A DNA stretch of 64,000 nucleotides from an uncultured Pelagibacteraceae bacterium (GTDB lineage Bacteria; Pseudomonadota; Alphaproteobacteria; Pelagibacterales; Pelagibacteraceae). The notes under the pieces are model-generated. The model was not told where the DNA came from, ran no database searches, and saw only the letters and a list, made by a program, of their open reading frames with translations. The translations under genes were made by a program, and so were the position numbers. The stretch spans positions 29,092 to 93,091 of the forward strand of contig CACIVM010000002.1 of NCBI GenBank assembly GCA_902590115.1. The letters run 5' to 3'. Shown one piece after another: positions 60,020 through 64,000 of this stretch (its first letter is position 1; each line of letters opens with the position of its first letter).

Positions 60020-60594
60020 TATTCACTTTTCTCTAATATTTTGTCATATTGTAATGATTTATTCTTTTCACCTCTGATTAAGTAGAAATCTCTCAAAGTT
60101 TTTGCTGCAAGTATTTTCCATATTGAATTTTCGTTAATCAATGGGCTTAGAGAATTTAACAACTCGTTTTCATTGTTTTGACCAGAAAGGTAAATTCCTT
60201 TTTTAAGTCTTATTAAATTTTTTTCTTCTTTAGCTAAACCTCTAATTGTAATTAATTCATCGAACATTTCATCTATTGATTTTTCTGGTATCAAATTATT
60301 TTCAATAATAGCATTAAGCGAAATTGGGGAGTAAAATTTATTTTTTTTTAAAACTATTTCTTCATAAATTTTCAGAGCTTCTTTTTTTTTTTCTTGTTTT
60401 ATTAATATATTGGCTTTATTAAATAATTTTGAAATATCTTCATTTTTCTTTACACTTAAATTATTTGTAATAATTGCACTTATAATTGTGACAAGAAGTA
60501 AAATTAAAATAGAAATTATAAATTTTTTATATTTTTTAATATATTCAAGAAATTTGTTTCTGCCTTCTAAAGAATTTTCATTAATCTCGCTCAT
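60019..60594 (-). CDS. YfgM/DUF2659-like membrane-anchored TPR protein
   Basis: Single N-terminal TM followed by helical TPR-like repeats; upstream of the BamB-like gene. Confidence 0.6.
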   Translation of the reverse strand: MSEINENSLEGRNKFLEYIKKYKKFIISILILLLVTIISAIITNNLSVKKNEDISKLFNKANILIKQEKKKEALKIYEEIVLKKNKFYSPISLNAIIENNLIPEKSIDEMFDELITIRGLAKEEKNLIRLKKGIYLSGQNNENELLNSLSPLINENSIWKILAAKTLRDFYLIRGEKNKSLQYDKILEKSE

Positions 60595-60596
60595 AT

Positions 60597-61373
60597 TTAA
60601 TATGTATTTTTAATTTTAGGGAACTTTTTTAATAATACTTCCTTTTTAAAATTAGATACAGCCTTTTTAATTATTTTATTTAAATTCACGTATCGTTTGA
60701 CAAATTTGGGGTAAAACCCGCTTAGACCTAATAAATCATCTGTTACTAAAATTTGACCATCACAGTTATTTGAAGAGCCTATTCCAATAGTGGGTATTTT
60801 TAATATTTTGGTTATCTTATTTGATAAAGATGTATCGATGCATTCCAAAACAATGGAAAAAGCTCCAGCTTTTTCAATATCTTGAGCCTGTTTTATTAGA
60901 CGAGATTGTTGATTTAATGTTTTCCCTTCAACTTTAAATTTTTTTTTAAATTGAGGTGTAAATCCTATATGTCCCATTACGTTGATATTAGAAGAGACTA
61001 AACCTTTTATTATATTATAATTATTTTTATTATGTTCAATTTTAACCGCATCACATTTAGTTTTTTTTAGAATTAATTTTGCATTTTTTTTTGCGATACT
61101 AAGCGTTCTATATGATCCTTTAGGCATATCTATGACAAGCAAAGACTTTTTTATACCTTGCCTAACGCTAATTCCGTGCTTTATCATTGTGTTAACATCT
61201 ATATTATGGGTATTTCTCATACCGTAAAGAGTATTAGCTAATGAGTCACCAACTAGAATAACGTCACAAAATTTATCTAATATTTGACTTACACTTTTTG
61301 AGTATGCGGTTAAGCAAATAAGTTTGGATTTACTTTTTTTATTTTGTAATTTTTTAATCTTTATATTGTTCAT
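60597..61373 (-). CDS. panB: 3-methyl-2-oxobutanoate hydroxymethyltransferase
   Basis: LTAY, LVGDSL, DMP.GSY, AVKIE, GHIG.TPQ, VLEC, PTIGIG, DGQILV..D.LG. Confidence 0.96.
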   Translation of the reverse strand: MNNIKIKKLQNKKSKSKLICLTAYSKSVSQILDKFCDVILVGDSLANTLYGMRNTHNIDVNTMIKHGISVRQGIKKSLLVIDMPKGSYRTLSIAKKNAKLILKKTKCDAVKIEHNKNNYNIIKGLVSSNINVMGHIGFTPQFKKKFKVEGKTLNQQSRLIKQAQDIEKAGAFSIVLECIDTSLSNKITKILKIPTIGIGSSNNCDGQILVTDDLLGLSGFYPKFVKRYVNLNKIIKKAVSNFKKEVLLKKFPKIKNTY

Positions 61374-62941
61374 TCAAGTTCTATGGTGCTTGGTGGTTTG
61401 GTTGTTATATCATATACTACTCTATTTACACCTTTTACATTATTGACTATTTTATTTGAAATATCATCTAAAAATTTTTTTGGAAAAAAGAAAGAGTCCG
61501 CTGTCATTCCATCATCTGAAATTACAGCTCTTAATAAACAAATATATTCAAAAGTTCTTGAGTCACCCATTACACCAACGGTTCGAACTGGGAGTAAGGC
61601 TGCGTAGGCTTGCCATATTTTTTTGTAATAATTCTTATCTATCAAATTATTAATAAAAATTTCATCGGCCTCTTGAACTATCTTTATTTTTTCCTTTGTA
61701 ATTTTTCCTGGAATTCTGATTGCTAAACCTGGTCCTGGAAAAGGGTGCTTATTCAAAATTTCATCAGAGACACCTAATGATTTACCTAATTTTCGTACTT
61801 CGTCTTTAAAAAAATCCTTTAATGGTTCAATAAGTTCTAAATTCATTTTTTTTGGTAATCCACCAACATTATGATGTGATTTTATTTTAGATGTTATACT
61901 ACCGGTCACGGATTTACTCTCGATTATATCTGGGTAAAGAGTTCCTTGAGCTAAATATTTAACATTTTTTATTTTCTTAGCCTCACTCTCAAAAATCTTA
62001 ATAAATAGTTGGCCAATAATTTTTCTTTTTTTCTCCGGATCATGAACATTTTTTAGTTTTTTTAAAAATAAAGATGAAGCTTTTATGATGCTTACATTTA
62101 ATTTATATTTTTTTTTAAACAATCTGAATGATTTTTTAAATTCATTTTTTCTCATTAAGCCGGTATCAACCATGATGCATTTTAATTTTGACTTAATCGC
62201 TTTATGCACAAGTATTGCTGTAACACTACTATCCACCCCTCCAGATAAAGCACAGATTACTTTGTTTTCATTTTTTACTATGTTTTTAATTTTATTTATT
62301 AAAACATTTTTTTGGGAGGAAATTCGCCACTTTTTTTTTAAATTACAAATTAGATAAATGAAATTTTTTAATAAAATTTTGCCTTTTTTTGTATGTGTCA
62401 CTTCAGGATGAAATTGTACACCATAATATTTTTTATTTTTATTTTCTATAATTGTAAATTTTGAATTTTTAGTGGAGCCAACTAAATTAAAGTTTCGCGG
62501 TATATGGGAAACTGCATCTTGATGACTCATCCAAACAGATGAAGCATTATCATCAAAAAAATTTCTTGTTAATAGTGAATTGTTTTTTTTTTTTACTTCA
62601 GCTTTACCAAACTCTCTTAAAGTTTTTTTTGTAATTACTTTTCCACCAAAAGTTATAGCTAATAATTGTAAACCATAACAAATACCTAAAATTGGAATTT
62701 TTGCGTTTATTAAAATTTTTGGTATTTTTTTTTGAGGACTATTAACTACAGTTGATGGTCCTCCTGACAGGATTATTCCTTTATAAATTTTTATATCTTT
62801 AATTCTCTCTAATCTTAAAGGGTTTATTATCTCAGAAAAAGCGCCTAGCTCCCTCACTCTTCTAGCTATTAATTTAGTTACTTGAGATCCGTAATCAACG
62901 ATAAGAATTTTTTCTCTGATTTGATGATTTTGATAATTCAT
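61370..62941 (-). CDS. guaA: GMP synthase (glutamine-hydrolysing)
   Basis: DYGSQ...[56 protein letters not shown]. Confidence 0.99.
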   Translation of the reverse strand: MNYQNHQIREKILIVDYGSQVTKLIARRVRELGAFSEIINPLRLERIKDIKIYKGIILSGGPSTVVNSPQKKIPKILINAKIPILGICYGLQLLAITFGGKVITKKTLREFGKAEVKKKNNSLLTRNFFDDNASSVWMSHQDAVSHIPRNFNLVGSTKNSKFTIIENKNKKYYGVQFHPEVTHTKKGKILLKNFIYLICNLKKKWRISSQKNVLINKIKNIVKNENKVICALSGGVDSSVTAILVHKAIKSKLKCIMVDTGLMRKNEFKKSFRLFKKKYKLNVSIIKASSLFLKKLKNVHDPEKKRKIIGQLFIKIFESEAKKIKNVKYLAQGTLYPDIIESKSVTGSITSKIKSHHNVGGLPKKMNLELIEPLKDFFKDEVRKLGKSLGVSDEILNKHPFPGPGLAIRIPGKITKEKIKIVQEADEIFINNLIDKNYYKKIWQAYAALLPVRTVGVMGDSRTFEYICLLRAVISDDGMTADSFFFPKKFLDDISNKIVNNVKGVNRVVYDITTKPPSTIELE

Positions 62942-63369
62942 TATCTTTTTAATGAATCTTTTAATTTATTTTCTGCAAGAGTTTTTTTGTTGCAAAGTCG
63001 TTTACAAATTTTTGTAAAATTATCTAAATACTTCTGCGCATTAGAAAAATCAGATTTTAAAATATTTAATGAAATAAGATCGTATGTTGCTTCCTCATTT
63101 TGAGGATCTAAAAGTAATACAGTATTTAAGTTAATTTCCTCTTTATCAAAATTTTTTTCTTTATTATAAATTTTAGCAAGGTAGAGATAAGATAATTCAT
63201 TTTTAGGATTAAAAACGATGTCTTGCTCAAATTTGAATTTTGCTTTTTTAAGATTTTTTTTTTCATAAAAAGCTTTTCCTTGTGAAAAAAAATTTTCACC
63301 CGCTATAACTGGGGTGTTAAATAATATAAGAACTATCAAAATATTTATTAAATTTAATATTATTTTCAT
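62941..63369 (-). CDS. Exported TPR-repeat protein
   Basis: Signal peptide, TPR-like helices ([23 protein letters not shown]), C-terminal CxxxC. Confidence 0.7.
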   Translation of the reverse strand: MKIILNLINILIVLILFNTPVIAGENFFSQGKAFYEKKNLKKAKFKFEQDIVFNPKNELSYLYLAKIYNKEKNFDKEEINLNTVLLLDPQNEEATYDLISLNILKSDFSNAQKYLDNFTKICKRLCNKKTLAENKLKDSLKR

Positions 63370-64000
63370 AATTTAAAATAAGAGTTTTTATCTTTTAGCT
63401 CAACGCTATGAACCATGCTTTCATAAAATCCAGCCTTAGTTATTTTTATAAATTTAGCATGTTTTTTAATTTCGCTCAAATTTCTCGCACCAATATATCC
63501 CATTGATGATCTTAGTCCTCCTTGTAATTGATGTATAATTTTAGATATTTTGCCTTTATAAGAAACTCTTCCTTCTACTCCTTCAGGTATAAATTTTGAC
63601 TTATCTGAATAATTTTTCTGAAAATATCTGTTAGATGAACCAGCAGACATTGCTCCAATTGATCCCATTCCTCTATAATATTTGTAAAATTTTTTTCCTA
63701 TTTTGAATTTTTTTCCTGGACTTTCATCTGTGCCTGCAAAAATTGAGCCCATCATAATACAGTCCGCTCCCGCGGCAATCGCTTTCACTAAATCTCCTGA
63801 AAATTTTATTCCACCATCAGAAATGATTTTTATATTTTTATTTTTCAATGAAGCTTTTACTTCCATTATTGCTGTTAATTGTGGTACACCTATACCTGCT
63901 ATCATTCGTGTAGTACAAATAGATCCAGGTCCTATACCAACTTTTACAATATCTGCTCCTGAGTTATACAATTTTATAGCAGCTTCTCCAGTTGCTATAT
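63366..64000 (-). CDS. guaB: IMP dehydrogenase (5' part outside the window)
   Basis: KVGIGPGSICTTR, DGGI, YRGMGS, PEGVEG; the frame is open to the window edge (IATGEAAIKLYNSGAD). Confidence 0.98.
   Translation of the reverse strand, partial: IATGEAAIKLYNSGADIVKVGIGPGSICTTRMIAGIGVPQLTAIMEVKASLKNKNIKIISDGGIKFSGDLVKAIAAGADCIMMGSIFAGTDESPGKKFKIGKKFYKYYRGMGSIGAMSAGSSNRYFQKNYSDKSKFIPEGVEGRVSYKGKISKIIHQLQGGLRSSMGYIGARNLSEIKKHAKFIKITKAGFYESMVHSVELKDKNSYFKL

Noticed and set aside
62583-62594. A12 run in guaA (and A11 runs elsewhere) as phase-variation tracts
   Set aside because: These are in-frame poly-Lys codons in housekeeping genes, expected at this AT content; no frame disruption is seen.
6444-63103. 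About 30 short antisense or alternative-frame ORFs in the track (e.g. 6444..6755, 11665..12012, 16802..17137, 21938..22285, 54941..55291)
   Set aside because: They lie essentially within well-supported genes, are Phe/Leu/Ile/Ser-rich mirrors of Lys/Glu/Asn codons, and show no recognisable motifs.
1-64000. CRISPR arrays, IS elements, prophage or defence genes, rRNA
   Set aside because: Nearly all bases are accounted for by recognisable genes; no spaced repeats, transposase, integrase or long GC-rich non-coding tract was seen.

Overview
This is a very AT-rich, densely packed alphaproteobacterial core-genome segment. Gene content, gene order, tiny spacers and the lack of glnB beside glnA point to Pelagibacterales (SAR11); this is inferred, not confirmed by a search. 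It holds about 60 CDSs and one tRNA-Leu(TAG). Main blocks: tig-clpP-clpX-lon; glnA; an Rrf2/IscR-sufBCDS-sufU-sufT-sufA operon; anmK/tyrS; PBP1A-prfB (programmed +1 frameshift); rne; thiSG; aroQ-accBC; aspS and an hda-like gene; purMN; ndk/pepA; lptFG-lptD-surA-pdxA-rsmA; fabDG-acpP-gmk; rpsF-rpsR-rplI-dnaB-MMPL-cvpA-purF; and guaB-guaA-panB-yfgM-bamB-like. I saw no mobile element, CRISPR array, rRNA, intein or prophage gene. Three observations stand out. (1) An 849-aa fusion of an extended SDR, a sugar-isomerase cupin and an NDP-sugar C-methyltransferase sits head-to-head with a GT17 glycosyltransferase, a candidate two-gene system for making and attaching a branched-chain sugar. (2) An intact stand-alone gene made from only the C-terminal domain of class II ribonucleotide reductase occupies the usual nrdJ position, without the catalytic barrel or redox cysteines. 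(3) RNase E has its Zn-link motif deleted, alongside other losses of metal ligands (PurF, bS18). All calls come from motif and synteny recognition by eye.
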